Shown: piece by piece, positions 1 to 15,829 of the stretch
Layout of the letters: each line of letters begins with the position of its first letter
Numbering within the stretch: position 1 is the stretch's first letter
Source: Lama glama
Taxonomy: Eukaryota
DNA length: 64,000 nt
Direction of reading: 5' to 3'
NCBI GenBank assembly: GCA_028534125.1
Contig: CM052817.1
Span: 88,972,001 to 89,036,000 of the forward strand
The notes under the pieces: model-generated
What the model was told of the DNA's origin: nothing
Database searches by the model: none
What the model saw: only the letters and a program-made list of their open reading frames with translations
Program-made: the position numbers and the translations under genes

Positions 1-311
1 TGACATGGCTTGATTTATAGGATAATATGAGAGTAATACCATTTTAGCATTCAAGGAGGTTAAAAGCTACTGGGAAAAGTACATAAAACCACAGCTGCTT
101 GGAACAAATATTTCTCCTCAATATTAAATGAAACCTGCCTTGAGATCCAGCCACACCTACTTAGAAGGAAATTCAATTTCAGCTAGTAGTGTTAATCCTT
201 TCTCACCCCAGTGCCTTGTGATAGTTCTAAGAAACTTATATATTTCTGAATTTATAAGAACAGGCCTCATATTAAATCTACAGTGTTATTAGTATATGTT
301 TATTGTCCATG

Positions 312-1160
312 CAGGCTGGGCTACATAATTTGCTGGCCCAAGTACAAATTAAGTGTTAAAGTGCTAAAATATAAAGCATGTTTTTTTTTTCTTTTTTCCA
401 CCATCTCACTCTTGACTTGTCATGGTGTTTTGTTTTGTTTTGTTTTTTCTACTTAGTGTTCTAAGAAAAGAAAAATTTAAGTATAAAATTTTCATCGTAG
501 ATTTTGCTGTTCATCTTTACACAGTGAAAAGCCAGTTTTAAATGCACATATAAGAGCATTTAATTCATATGTGGGATAGCTGCAATTACACAATTCATAT
601 TTTGTAGCTAGTACATGATATTTATTTTGTTCTTACAGGAAGAGTAGAAACACTGCACAAAATTAACTGAGATGTTTACATTTCACTTCTTGATACATGT
701 ATATTCTACATACTCTCTTCATACTGGTACTTAATAAAAAGAAAGGACTGAAAGTGAAAGAAATTATGAGTAGACCCATCTTTTTTCTTCATCTTATTTT
801 CAACTTAAGATATTACCTAATAGAGAAAAGTTACACAGCTAAAAAATATGATAAGGTTTCTTGGTTGTTTCCTAGGACATCATTGACTTCTTTCTGTGTT
901 TGAAGAAATTTGTGGTTCAGATGAGGTGTGTTCTCTAGGGGCCATCAGTGCCCCATTTACTCAGTCATGGATGTAACTTGCTTACCTTAGACATGCTCTG
1001 AGACTTGTCTATCTTCTGCATACTATGGGTTCATTAGAAGTCTGTGCTCATGAGGCATCACCAGGCCTGATGTGAATAGAATGTCAAGGAACATGTTTCA
1101 CTGTCCCATCAGACTTCAATTATACACAAGTTCAAAAACAAAATTATTAAGAATCCAATA
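312..1160 (-). mobile_element. hAT-Tip100 DNA transposon fossil, MER45 (B/C-like)
   Basis: Left end caggctgggctacataatttgctggccca resembles the reverse complement of the MER45 3' terminus; aaattattaagaat near 1141 matches the MER45 5' part. Recalled consensus; right boundary approximate. Confidence 0.6.
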
Positions 1161-2994
1161 TGGTGCTCATCCCTGTACTATCCTGCCAGTTGCTGACACT
1201 GATGCCCCACCAAGCTTTTTGCCATTCCTCAACGAGGCCCCACACTCTCTACCCTTCATCCTTTGCTCACCCTATTTTTGCTACCTGGGATGTTCTGCCT
1301 CTTAATTTTCACTCACTGATTCCTATCCAGCTTTAAAGACTACTTGAATTAACCCTTTTTTGACCTCACCCAAACTTAAAATAGAATCTTTCTTCCAAAC
1401 TTTCAGAAAGCTTTGCTTATTCTCTTTCACATGGACTTTTTAGTTACATGATCTGCAAAATCCTGTTCATTCTGCAATCAAATAGGAAGTTCTCTAAACA
1501 TTTTCCTCTTCAGATTAATTCTCCTCATATCTAAATATTGTGATAAGTCTGTCACCACCTCCATATCCTTCATCCATCATACATCTTAAATCACGTCAGC
1601 TTTCCCTAATCAAAACTAATTATTGGAGAACTGGCATCTTATTTCTAGGAAATTCTGTCTCTGGCTCTACAAACAGATGTTCTTATGGAAAAGGAAACAA
1701 AATATCAGTTATATTGTTGGGCTCATAGAATAAATTTATTTTAGAGACAGTACCACAATATTTAATATCTTAGTGAATCATCCAACCACATACAACTTCA
1801 CCAGATAAATAAGACATTACTAGAACTTTTCAACATGGAGAAAAGAAAGATAGAGTGATTAGATGACTGTTAGGAAGATTATAAAATATCTATAGGTTTC
1901 AAAGAATAGAGTGGTTTAAAAGAGTTTGTTTTAGGATTAGAAACTTTCAGTTGTTTTTTAACAACTAAAGAGAAAAGTAGTATATACTCCATGCCAGTAT
2001 CTAACTACACTGGCTTTCATTTTTATGCTGAAGAACAGCAGGTTTACTTAGGTAAACTTACAATAATTATCATAATGATGATGATAAAGCATTTCTTTTT
2101 AATGTAACTTACATCTAAATAACTGCAGTGTATAAATTATCCTTCTTTTCTATAGTAGCCATATTGTATAACTTTTCATGTTCATCCAAGACATGCCAGA
2201 GAAAACTTTATTTTTTGGAAATAAAAAGTGCATTTCAGAAAGGCATACATAAGAACAAATTAACAGAATTTGATAACAGACAAGTCATTATCTTTTTACA
2301 TTAAATGTAAAAAAAAGGAGAATTACAATCAAATTTTTTCTTCACTTTTGATAAAGAACTGAATATGGTTGTAGTTAAGATTGTTTGTGGTCATGTCCAA
2401 AACTTCATTAGCTGTATAATCCAGGTTTTTTTAAAAAACTGTTTTTGGGAATAAAGCCTCGTCAGTGCAGAATTAAACATTTACACTGGTTTTTAGGATT
2501 CATCTGATTTTTCTCCCTATAAGTTTCCTGAAAAGAAATCTGATTCCCTCTTAAAAGCAAAATCTCATTTTTAATTTCATATTTTCTTCAGTTAAAAAGG
2601 GGATTCTATTATTTCATTTCTACAAAATAATCTACATAATCTCAAGCTATTTACTTATGGGGGAAATTTACAATGGGTAAAAATACATTTGCAAAAGTTA
2701 TCCCAACAAATTGATAAGTGAAATAAGAAACCATTTGACCTTGGAGACCAAGATAAAAAATGGAAGCCAGAATAAGTGAAGAATAACTTTAGATATCTTT
2801 AAAAAAATAATGTTATTTTGTGCAAATCTAATTTTTAAACCTACATGAAAATAATGTAAAAACATAAAGGAAAATGATTTTATGTAACTTATGAATACAA
2901 TAGACGTAAAATCTATGTCAATTTAATATTTATGATTGGAAGGAAATAACGTAACATATACTTCACATGTATAATGAGTAAGCCACCATGCAAA

Positions 2995-3160
2995 TTGTTT
3001 TATATTTCATGATACTTGATTCAGTTCTCACAGAAATTTAACAGGGCAGGCTATGATATATTCCTTTTACAAATGAGGAATTTACCATTATATGGTTTAA
3101 GCATTTTCTCCAGAGCATACTGCTAAACAGTTGTGAATCTGAGATTCAAATACCAGTTTA
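2995..3160 (-). mobile_element. MIR SINE fragment
   Basis: ttttacaaatgaggaa...ggtttaagcattttctccagagcatac...tgagattcaaataccag resembles the degraded MIR core in reverse orientation. Confidence 0.55.
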
Positions 3161-3406
3161 TGTGCGAAACATATTCTCTAAAGGCCAAATAAACCCCAGA
3201 AGATTTAGTTTTACCACCTTCGTATCAATAGACCATAATGATTAACTATAAAAATCTCTTTCTGACTTAAGGGCACCTTTTATAGAATTAAAAATAAAAT
3301 CTCCTTTGATTAATAGGAATATGAAATCATTTAATTAAGTAATAGCATAGTCAGAGGTTATTTAAAGTGAGGTCAAATATTCCAAGTAGAGTATTGCTTA
3401 AAGTTG

Positions 3407-3537
3407 GGAATTACCGTGATGTAGGTTTGCCCCCAGACAGTCCAAGATTATACTTGTCACTGAGCCGAATTACTAATGGTGCCCTTTTCTCCTCCCCAAA
3501 GTGTGCTGATATGAATGGAATATCATGAAGTCCCCTA
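3407..3537. mobile_element. MER94-like hAT-Blackjack MITE
   Basis: ggtttgcccccagacagtcc...aattactaatggtgcccttttc...aaagtgt...gtccccta is colinear with the recalled ~130-bp MER94 consensus. Confidence 0.55.
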
Positions 3538-6254
3538 GTTATGTGCAAATGTAAGTGTGTGAAGCAAACAAGCAAAAAAATAAAAAAAAATCAAGCGCTT
3601 GCAAGAGAATAAAATATAAAGAACACAACTGCAATGACATATCTAACTCAAATCAAAAGAATCATAGATATGAAAAATGACATTAACAAAAGTAATGAAG
3701 CTTAGACTTAGTTATTATTTGACCCAGCAGGATGAAATAAACAGAAAAAAAAATTATGACTCAGAATGATTTGATTCTTGCTATTGTGCTGACGCCAATG
3801 CAAACCTTGAAAATACTTTGCTAAACAAAGCAAGGAACTTAAATATTCTGGCATGTTAGTAGAAATCAAAAAAGAAAATGTCTATAAGTCATCAATAAAT
3901 GTAAAGGTAAAATTAATCTATAGATAATTAGTTGCTTACTGGTATAATAGTAGGCTTTTAACTTTAAACAAAGCAGCTATTAGTTTGTCTTTATTAAAAA
4001 TGTTATTTTTAGTAAAAGTTTTCTAAAGCGTTTTCTTCTCAGCACCCCCTCTCTTGCAACTTTCACCTGACTACTCATTCTTTAGTGATTAACATAGCTG
4101 CTATTGCTCCAGTCGAATTTTCCTGCCCATAAACTTTTTATTTTTTTCCTACAACTCCACTCATTATAACTTTTATCTCATTCCTGTAAAATTGCCTATT
4201 TATTTATCTACTGCCTTTAAACTATAAGCCCCTCAACAGAAGAGACTATTTAGTATGGAAGAGTCACATAATTAATGCATGATAATAGGGGACACACACA
4301 CACCACTTAAATTAGATGATTACAAAGAATGAACTTTTGTCTGCTATGTCACATACTTACTATACAGTATTACTTATTTACAGAATATGCCCTAGCCTAC
4401 AATATATCTTTTTTATAGACACACACACATACATATATATATATATATTTAATTTAACTATCCAGATATGAGTTAATAGCATTTTCCTTCCTTTTAATTG
4501 TCAGAGATATAACAAACAAAAACTTGGTTTAAATGATAGTTTAATTCTCATAAGTCTGAATCAGTAAATATTTCTCATACATGTTTTAATAACTAAAGGC
4601 ATTTTTTGTTTCTCATCCAATGATATGGTAAGATACCAATCCAGTCAATAAAGATAAGTGTAAGAAAATCTACTTTTTAAAACATTTATAAATATAAGAT
4701 TCCCTAGAAAATCTAATTCCATTTGGAAAATTTTACAGAAATAAATGGAATGACATTGATTTTTTAAATAAAATAGTAATTTAACCATGTTTAGAATTCC
4801 CATGACATCAAGGTCAGCAAATTTTATCCTAACCTTGAACTAACTCCCTGCAGGCCACCTTTCATTGCAGCTGATAATGATCAAAGCTATCCATGGCCTT
4901 GGGACCTGTACATAGTCGGATATAAGACTCTAGTTGTCCCCAGAGTCAACCCTCATATCTTTGTGTATATTCCATTAGATTTCAGTTATATTTTACTCAT
5001 GATCTAAGCTAGCTTGAGGGTAGGTATCACTATGTAAATTATAAGGGAATCTAAATATTTGCAGCTCTAGGACACATGCAGAAAACAATCTGCACAGTTC
5101 TCAAAAGCTAGTTGTTAGTTATCCTGATGATCTATGCTGAAATACAATTTATATGGTTTATCATATCAATAAGAAAATGTTAGATAATTGAGGGAGTATA
5201 GTAGTTTTACAAATGCTTATTCTTTGCAGGTAGAGCTTTCACAAACTATTTAGAATTTAATTGTAAATATTACTTTATAATTTAGCTTTGAATGGATTTT
5301 CAAATGTTTACAAAAGCTTTTGTAGATGTATCCTCATAGAAAAGTAGATATCAAAATTGTGTAGTAACATACAGAAATATTCAGGAACAATAAGATAGCA
5401 TATTCACCTTGTTTGTAACTTCCCTGTGTCTTCTGTTTTCTCTTGCCTTCTGCATAAGTCAGTAATAATCCACTCCTGGATATCTGTTTTTTATGTAGAT
5501 CCTTTCATATTGCTTTAATTTCTGGCAATATTTCAACTATCTGCACCTCATCTGTGTACAAATCCCAAGACACTGAGATGAGACTTTACCCCCAGCTTCT
5601 TTGCATACTAATACATTGGTTTGAGCAAAGTGAAAATGTTCTTTTCCCTGCACAGGCAAAATAGAACTCTTTTTAATTTAATTTTCAACAGGTACATTGT
5701 TTTTTTCTTTCATTCTGAACTTCATTATTGGCTATTGGCTTCTGAATCTTTGGACTATTTCTCATTTCTCTCTCTACTTTAGCATTGCGTCTTCTAAATC
5801 TCTATCGCCAATTACAGTAAAACATCTTAGAAAACAAGCTCACTGATTGAGTCAAATTCAAAGAGACATTCAGTAACACATTCACATTTGTTTAATAACC
5901 TCATCCTCATCCCTAATCCATGACTTTAATTAAACTCTGCACTTTTATTTCTAGGCTTACATTTTCAATGTAATCTTCCTGAATTCAGACCAAGCCTCTT
6001 CTCCAGTTGAATGATACTTACAAGAATTATAAGCAAAAGCAATGAATCAGTGCAAGCCGTGGAGTATAGTGTTCAGAGTCTCATATGAGACATTATTCTC
6101 CAAGAAGAAATTGTATGGAACATTTTCTCATTTACACCATTTAATTGAAAGTATTATGGAAAATAAATTGGTGTGAGGAGGAATAAATTCTCCAACAAGA
6201 ATATTGCAATACAAATTTATGAACTGAAGACCTGTATATTAAACCCGTTGAGTA

Positions 6255-6470
6255 CCACATACTTAACATTTGCTACGAGGGTAGATCTTACATTAAATAT
6301 TATTTCACACATAATAACAATAATAATGATAATGATAGTATAATAATAATAAAAGAAGCAGGAGGAAACTTTAGAAAGTGATGGATATGTTTATGGCCTT
6401 AATGGTGATGTTTCCATAAGGTGTATACATATCTCCACACTCATTAAGTTATGAAAATACATACAGCATT
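6255..6470 (+). mobile_element. Old L1 (L1MA/MB-type) 3' UTR fragment with internal (TAA)n-like tract
   Basis: atttgctacgagggtagatctt...ggaggaaacttt...gtgatggatatgtttatggcc...ggtgtatacatatctcc is typical of an L1M 3' end. Confidence 0.65.
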
Positions 6471-7647
6471 AAAACAGATGTAAATTGAGCCATCTCTGTG
6501 CATATTTACATTTTCTACAACGTATCACATTAACCTGTGTGTTTTATTGTTATTTGAATAAAGATATAATAAAAAGGAACATAAGGTCTTAGGTTACTTA
6601 ATACATTTCTTTTAACTACTAAAAGGAAACTTAAACTAGATCAAAAAACAAACAAACAAAACTAAAAGTAAAACAAAATAAAACAAATCCCTTGTATCCC
6701 TATGACTTTAGTGACAGTCTTGAAAGTTCAAGATGGACAGTTCTTGGGAGGAACTCAGGGCTCTCCAGCCATTACATTTCCCAACAAACACCAGTGTCCT
6801 TCAGCTCCCAATAAGGTCATTATCTCTGATCCATTGCAAGCATGTCTTTATTCTTTAAACTTGAAATGATTATTTTCATGGACATTTGCCACAGATTTTG
6901 ATGAGTCTTTTATAGTTGCAGTTGATTCTTTTAGTGAATTCAGTCTTCTCTTGGGATCAGGAGTTTAATCTCTGCTCCTAGTTACTAAAGAACCCAGGAA
7001 ATTGATGTTATGTCAGTTCTGGTCAAATTCAATTGAGAATAAAATAGTTTTTTTTTAAACAATAGAGATAACAAAACTGATGTAGATTTGTAAGTATGTG
7101 TCCAGTCTATGTACACTTCAAATACAGTCTTTAATCAGGGTCTTATTACCTTGTTTTTTCTTATTTCCCTAAGTTATTTTCCAGTCTGTAGTGGTCATTG
7201 GCTCCATGTTCATGAATTTTCTTTTCCCCTTATACTAAAATAGAGTTTACAATTTCACAGGCAGAGTGTGGTCTGAGCCTTTAAGAATTTTACATGAACT
7301 GATGAATTGAAAGTTATTCTGAAATTTTCTGCCCTACACTTCAAAATTTCATTTCTTTACACCTTGTGCCTACCAGTACCAGCAAGCTACCCCTTTCCCA
7401 GGAGAATATTTTCCCAGTGTTTTCTTTTACTTTTTAGTAACTGCTATTTTTGAGTTAAAGGTGCAATTCAGGTTATTTTATCCATCTGCAGCATATGAAT
7501 GAACCAAAAATAATAGAATTTTAAAAATACATAAATTCAAAAATAAATAAAAACTACTAGTCTTGGAAACTAGTTGCCATAAAGCTTATGTATTCTTACT
7601 GTATCCATTTTTATCATATTGCTTTAAGAGATCTGAAATTTTATGAA

Positions 7648-8150
7648 TGTCAGTCAGGGTTCAGTGCAGGAAATAGAAACCTAGATTGATTTTAAGCAGA
7701 GAGTAAATTAATTTTTACCAACCATTGCAGGAGCTAGTGCAACTGCGCCTGAGCTGAGCATTCTTAAGTTACTACCAATATGTAGCAGAATTCGCTCAAT
7801 GAGGAATCAGGGGCTGCCAGTGGAATACAGATATCACATAACACCTTAGTTGTACTCAGGAGGCTAGTCAGGAAAATGCCACCATTGTAACTGCCTAGAA
7901 CCAAGATGTCAGAGCTGCTGTACCTACCTGTCCCTCAAATGGAAAAATCAGAAGCCAGGCACTGAATGTCAGCTTCAGGAAAACACACACACACACGCAC
8001 ACATACACACACACACACACCCCACCAAAGCAGTGACTTCAGAACTTACTCTGGTGTGTGCAGTTTTTTGAACCTGAGCTTTATCCATAGCACTAGCTGT
8101 AAGGGAGTCTTGGGACTGTTGAGCTTTTAGGTCTTTCCATTGTAGAAAGG
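7648..8150 (-). mobile_element. Ancient MaLR-type LTR remnant containing a (CA)n tract at ~7983-8020
   Basis: tgtcagtcagggttcagtgcaggaaatagaaac start and ctagctgtaagggagtcttggg motif, as in reverse-oriented old MLT1 LTRs. Confidence 0.45.
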
Positions 8151-10089
8151 CTCATAAAAACAAAAGATTTGTGATGAATGCCAAGTGCCTAATTACTCTG
8201 TCCTAGACAATATATAAGATGAAGATTACTCATGATTTGGCAGAACATAAAGAGTAATGACTCACTTAAGAAATGTGAGAGAAGATCCCTTAGAAACATG
8301 GAATTCCTGAAATAAAAGTTAATGTGAAATTTAAGAGAAGGAAAAATAAATTTACACAGCGTACTAATTCTTAATATTTTAATTTCATGACAACATTTAT
8401 AAAACAATGTTTCCATAATCTAGGTGACCAGGGAAATTGCAAAAGAGTCCTAGGTATGGGATCAAGATAGGATTTCAGTTCTCAGGGAGAAGGCATTGCA
8501 ACATGAATTTTAAAAGCTAATGTTTTTGTTTATGCTAAAATTGAGGAGCAAGTATGCAGATCCTTGAAGGAATCAAAAGGAAAAAATCCAACCCCTCCTT
8601 GTAAGGGGGCTTGTTATAAGGGAAGGTAAAACTATTTTAGCTACCTATGATCCCAGTGGCTTTCAGTAGGCAGTTAATGTTTGAGATCCATCCTTTGAGT
8701 CCCAGTCCTTTGCAGATTTTGAATTAGTGGGCATTCAGTAAATGAATAAATGAATAGCATTTAAAATGATTGATTGAATCAACAAGAAAAGGCTAAATTA
8801 TATTCACTCTACTATAAAATGAGTCAGAAAAGTGTGTCATAAGTTATTGAAGGATTTCTAACAGAACACTTAATAATGAAATTTTCAGTTAGTAACTGGG
8901 AGAATTTCAGTCATTTGGATAATTCATGTTTGTGAAATAGCTTATTCACCAATGATGTCAGGTAAATGAAGCAGAATTATTATATTAATTTCAGATAAAT
9001 ATTCTCAACTTAATAAATGAAAGTTTATAGTTGTTTTATTTCTTCTGTTTCAGCATCAAAATTTACATTTTGTTCACACTGTTTCTTTTATTACAATGGA
9101 AGCTAAAATAAGCTAACAATATGGAAATTGTCACCTTAAGTTATTTAAGATTAAATAAGTAAAATAAACACTGAACTTCACATTATTAGAAATATTTTAC
9201 CCCAGAAATGATAACTTTCAAATGAATATATATCATTTGTATGCTCCTGAAATGTACTGCACCCTGAACATTATATATTACTGCTAAGACTTCAGCTGGG
9301 AATGGCAATGTCAAGTTTACTTTTTTCTCACACAATAACCTCTAAATAAATTTTTGATATCATTAAAATTTGTAAACTACTGTTCTTTAGAAGTGAAGTA
9401 TAATTTGCAGTAATTGTAACCTCTGTGTTTTGCAATTTTTAATGTATTTCAGCAAAAGAGTAATTGATTTTTATATTGATATACTTTTGACATTCATAAG
9501 GATATAGTTTATGTGAAACTTAGAAACTAGCTTTGGCCATTATATCTAATTTATAACACATGCATTAAACATAACATCCAAATTGATCACATTCTTTTTT
9601 ATCAGTGAGTTGATTGAAAGCTTAACTGATATATATTATATATAATTTTAATTATTAAAATATATTATAACAAGGAGGAAAGTTAAGGATGTGTTAGAGA
9701 ACAAGAAACAAAAGCAAGAAACAAAAAACAGACCTGTACTCAATGTGTGCTTGTAGATATGATGGTGAAATATGGTATCAAATTCACAAAAAAAAAAAGG
9801 TAGGTCTCAAGATTTATGGCTCTGAAATTTAATGTATTTAACATCATATTTATGATTAGATATTATTGGAAATCTCAGTAAGCATTAAAATTTCATTGAA
9901 ATAAATATATGGATATAATTATTTAACTGAGAAGACGTGATTTTCACATTCCTCATAGCTTAATTTTGAAGATGATTTTCTTGTTGCCAAATATACAATG
10001 AATGAGAAATGCTTAGTAATAGACTAGCTGTGTTAGCTTTAACTAGTTTGAAAAAAAATTACAGTTAGATGAATAGATGTATTGGCTAA

Positions 10090-10410
10090 CTTATGTGTGG
10101 GCATTCCATTTACTAACTTTTCCTTTCTTGATATTACCCTGATTTTCATTTGGCGAAACCCCTCTTCCTTATGGTAGACAGTACTTATGAAACTTCAGTA
10201 ATACATAACTCTACCCTATCTCTCCCACTGAGGAGCTCCAGTTCTATCAGAGGTTCTCAAAGTCGGAATTTGCTAAGCTCTTGCTATTTAGATGAGTGGT
10301 CCTCTATTAAAGTCTGTTGTTTTCTTTAGATATGTCCCATATATTTCCAGTGAATCTCTTTTGGCTTCAGTTGGACAAAGCACAGCTTCTGTGGCTTGAA
10401 ATCAGATTAA
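10090..10410 (+). mobile_element. Ancient ERVL/MaLR-type LTR remnant
   Basis: 3' end tcttttggcttcagttggacaaagcacagcttctgtggcttgaaatca resembles an LTR16/LTR33/MLT1-type terminus. Confidence 0.35.
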
Positions 10411-11089
10411 ATTAACTTACACAATTGAAGATTTAGAAAAATGATTTGAGGGCCAAGAGTGTACATAAATTTAACATGGTCATTCATTTCTGTAGTTTAT
10501 TGTTGGCAGGTGTACTTGGAAGTCAAGAAAGGACTGTGATCTGTATTCTGTATTTATCACTATTATCCTAACACAACAGTGTAAATACTGATTGTGTTCT
10601 GTATCGATTAGTATTACTCTACCACAATTTTTAAGTAGGGATAAATTATTCATGCTATTATATTTTAAAGGATTTCAAGATAATTCTGACATATTACTTT
10701 GGTGAATATTGCAGATATAAAAATGCATTTCAGAGAGATGCAAATAATCAATTAAATTTCTGCTGTGAAGAGTTATTACTGACATTGTTCTCAAACTGTA
10801 TAAACAAATGTTGGTAATATGCATAGTTAACTGACCTTCTTAAATACGCTTTTGCATATTTTTGAATATTACACTTATTGTTCTTATCCTTTACTTGCAC
10901 AACATTTAAAAAGTGAATTATTTCGAGAAGGTATAAAATCTCATTCAAAGAAATACAATGAATCTTACTTTGCCCTTTTAGTAACTTTCATATTTATTTC
11001 TTTACTACTCTTTTTTAATTGGACTTCTACTTTGAGTTTATACTGCTATCAGCATAATACAGTCTGTAAAAGCTTTCATATCTTTTTCT

Positions 11090-11275
11090 ACCACATACTG
11101 GTCATGTGATTTTTGGCAAGTTACTTAACTTCACTAAGCCTCAGTTGCCTTATGTATGAAATAAAAACACTTATGGTACCTGTTTCTAATTTTTGATGAC
11201 AAAAATTAGACAATTTACCTAAAGTGTTTATCCCAGTGACTGACACAAATTAAGAATTCAGGAAGCCTTAGTTAT
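11090..11275 (+). mobile_element. MIR SINE
   Basis: tgtgatttttggcaagttacttaacttcactaagcctcagtt...aaagtgtttatcccagtgactgacaca matches the MIR core and 3' tail. Confidence 0.75.
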
Positions 11276-14110
11276 TCCTCCTTTGTGCATTTTTTGGTTG
11301 ATGATAACTAATGTGATAAGTGATTTTTTAATGAATGAAAACAGATATCTGGGAGTGGATTGGAATAATTCTCTGGTTATCTGGGGTAAAGTAAAATGTA
11401 TTTTGAGTGCCCTAAATTTTTAAATCTCCCTGTAAGATAATTGAAAAGATAGTAAAGATTATGCATTATATTGGAAAAACTGCTTTAGGAAAAAAATCCT
11501 GACCATATGTGTCACTTCTTTACAGCAAATTTTACCTGAATGATGTTCAGGAGAAATGAAAGCTAGATCTAATTTAATGGCATTATTTCAATAGCATATA
11601 TATTCATGATGGTACACACCTAATCTCTTTACCAATTCCTTTCTTTCCAATTAGGATTTCATTTGCTTTGAAATAAATTAACTACTTTGAAGATAAAATT
11701 TAGGAATATAATAGCATCTTCCAGTATAAGGGCACTATAGAATTAAAAATATCTAATTCTTATACCTAGGTGCTAAATGTTTACAAAACCCACACATAGG
11801 AAATATTGAAATTGGTTATATTTATACTTTTAAACACAATTTTATTAATTCTTTTAACAGGTATGAAATGGTAAGAAAAGTAAAAATCTTACATTTTACA
11901 TAGTTCCTCTTGTCATCTTTGAATAAAAAGAAGCAAACAAACAAAATTAAATTCTATAGCTCCCAAAAGATCCATGAATAAGAGAAGTATATTTTTCATC
12001 CTATGTTTCTTTTTTGGTTACCATTGTCATGCAGTAACCTAACAGCTCAATTTGGAGAAAAGGAAACATACACAGCCCTCAGTTGCTTGCTGCCAAATTA
12101 GTTCATACAAATGTTCGTAGTTTATTTTTTATCATTTCAACTTAGAGTTGATCACACACAATTTTATCCACATCTTTAGATTCTTCAAAAAGTGAACTAG
12201 ATTCAAGATACAAAGTGTTTATGACTATATAGTTTTGTGTATGTGTATTTGTTTTCTCACAGTACTTCTCTTGGAAAATGTAGACTTTCTTATTTTCACT
12301 TCATCTTTAAATTATACAAAGTACATGTGTGGCTGACCTGGAAGCAAATGTCTTTTTGAATTATAATTGCAAAGTAAAAGTGGAATTAGTATTTGGGTTC
12401 ATAGGAAATGGTGAGTGCACTTTAATAGTTAGTCATTCATTTAAACATACTAATTTTGTTATCTATAAAAAATGCTAATGTATCCAGTGTACAAAAAGCT
12501 GTACATAATAAAAAGCTAACAACCTTCAGGGTATACATTCACCATAAAACTAATTTCACACCTAGTCTATTATGTAATGTGCTATGAAAATAGCTCTTTG
12601 CTTCAAGATATCATTATACTAGGTGCATGTACAAATTTGTTTCCCTTCTTTGAAGTAAAGATTACATACATAGTAATCATCAAACTCCTAGACTTGATCT
12701 ATAAATTCATTATTATTTTATACATTTAGGAAATCTGTGTTTCCATAATAACTCAATCACAAGTGAGTAAATAGAGGTAGAATGATAAAAACGCTTATAA
12801 TCTATAGTATGTGGCAGATTCGCTATACCAATATTCTATCCGAAATACTTACTTCTACCAATTTCTGGCTGGAATGCCTTGCGGGGATATTTGTAGTAGA
12901 AATCCTGTTTTATACTGACCATACGCACTGTGACACTGAATGATACTCAAGTAACTTAAAACATCGTTTTACAAAGTGTATTTTTTAGAAAAGAAAAAAG
13001 TTAAGTTATACAGCAGAAGCTTCAGGGTTATACCTAAGATGCTTAATTTTACATATCTTAATTCATCATGGGAATTTTATTCACTAATGGCTTGCACTGA
13101 TTTTTGTCTTTTAACAGACACCTTAAAGAAGAAAACATGTTTTGATCAAAAAATCATTATTTTCCTCTTTCTTTCATAATCATTCCATTTGGATTGGACT
13201 TAATTAGTAATTAAATTAAGTTGATGTGTGGTGTTTCCAAAACAGTTAGTTAACAAGAGTTTGCTTGTTTATCATATCCATAGTTTACAGATAGTAGGGG
13301 AAAAATAGGAAAAAAATTAGACAGTGTTCTGTGAAATGGTATTGATGGCTAAATACACTTCAATATGTGTATGAATTTCGGTGCATGATATTTTTATACT
13401 ATACATGTGCTAAGATTTCTTAATAGTTAGATTTACAGCCAAAATCTGTGACAGAATAGTTAATGTTAAGTAACATGTAATAGTTTTTTAATCTGCCACT
13501 AAGATATTATTTAAATTATTTTTATTGATTGATAACTGAATTCGGAAAATGACTGAATTTTATGGTAGGTGATAGCAAGATCATAATATTATGAAAAATA
13601 TTTCTAACCTTAATGATTTTATATTATAATTATATAAAATGTTTCATCACATTTTAATGCAGTCATATAAATTGGTGAAAAATACTCAGATATTTGTAGT
13701 CTTCTTTTAAAGTTATTCAAATAAGTAATTAAATTAAATCATAATGTATTTCTGTGACACTCTGAATCTAAAATTTTCCAATTTATATTTCTAATTTGTT
13801 TTAAATTCAGCAAAATCACTTAATTTGACTTAACGTATATATTAAATAGGAAGAAGTAAGCACATTTATTTAAAAGAAAACATATTGATAATATCAAACA
13901 ACCTATATGAGACAGCTAATTATTTCTTTAGTAGAGTAAGGTAAAATAATATTGGGTTAGGTGATTCTGGCAACCACCCACTATGGCAGAGAAAAGCTGG
14001 AAAAAAATATATATATATATTTACATCTACATAATATCAAAGACCCAATGAAACAATGGGAAAAATGTAAGACAGAGATTCTGGAGATTGAAAAATGATA
14101 GTTTAGCCAC

Positions 14111-15378
<1,268 letters not shown>

Positions 15379-15495
15379 TGTAGCCAAGTATTTTGGAACA
15401 TCTTTTTCTCTAAATGGGTCTGTCAGTTCTCAAAGAAATGTCTATTAGGCTAATAATGTGAAAAGTGCTTTTGAGAGACTCACAGACCCAAAATC

Positions 15496-15522
15496 ATACA
15501 CACACACACACACACACACACA
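15496..15522 (+). repeat. (CA)n microsatellite
   Basis: Direct reading: tacacacacacacacacacacacacac. Confidence 0.9.
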
Positions 15523-15829
15523 AATTCAGGTAGAATGTGTCAAAGAAAGTAGAACTAATTTAATTTCTCTTAATTTACATTTGGACCCTGAGGGTTTACA
15601 CTTAGAGATCAACTGTTGCAGGAAGTAGACAGCCCTTGAGGGGAAATTAAGTTTACCTTTTTTCTGGAATTCAAATAAAGATCCCAGGGAACAAATGTAA
15701 ATCCTTTCTTAAGAAAAATTATACTATCCTATTCCTCTTCTTATTTCTACACTTTCTTGTATACAGTTTTAGATACTCAATCAAATAGAACTAGGCAAAT
15801 GCACCATGGTCCAAATCAGGAGTTAAAAG

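Noticed and set aside
12790..12970. Slight CpG retention and a weak hairpin
   Set aside because: Too few CpGs for an island, and the stem is short and mismatched.
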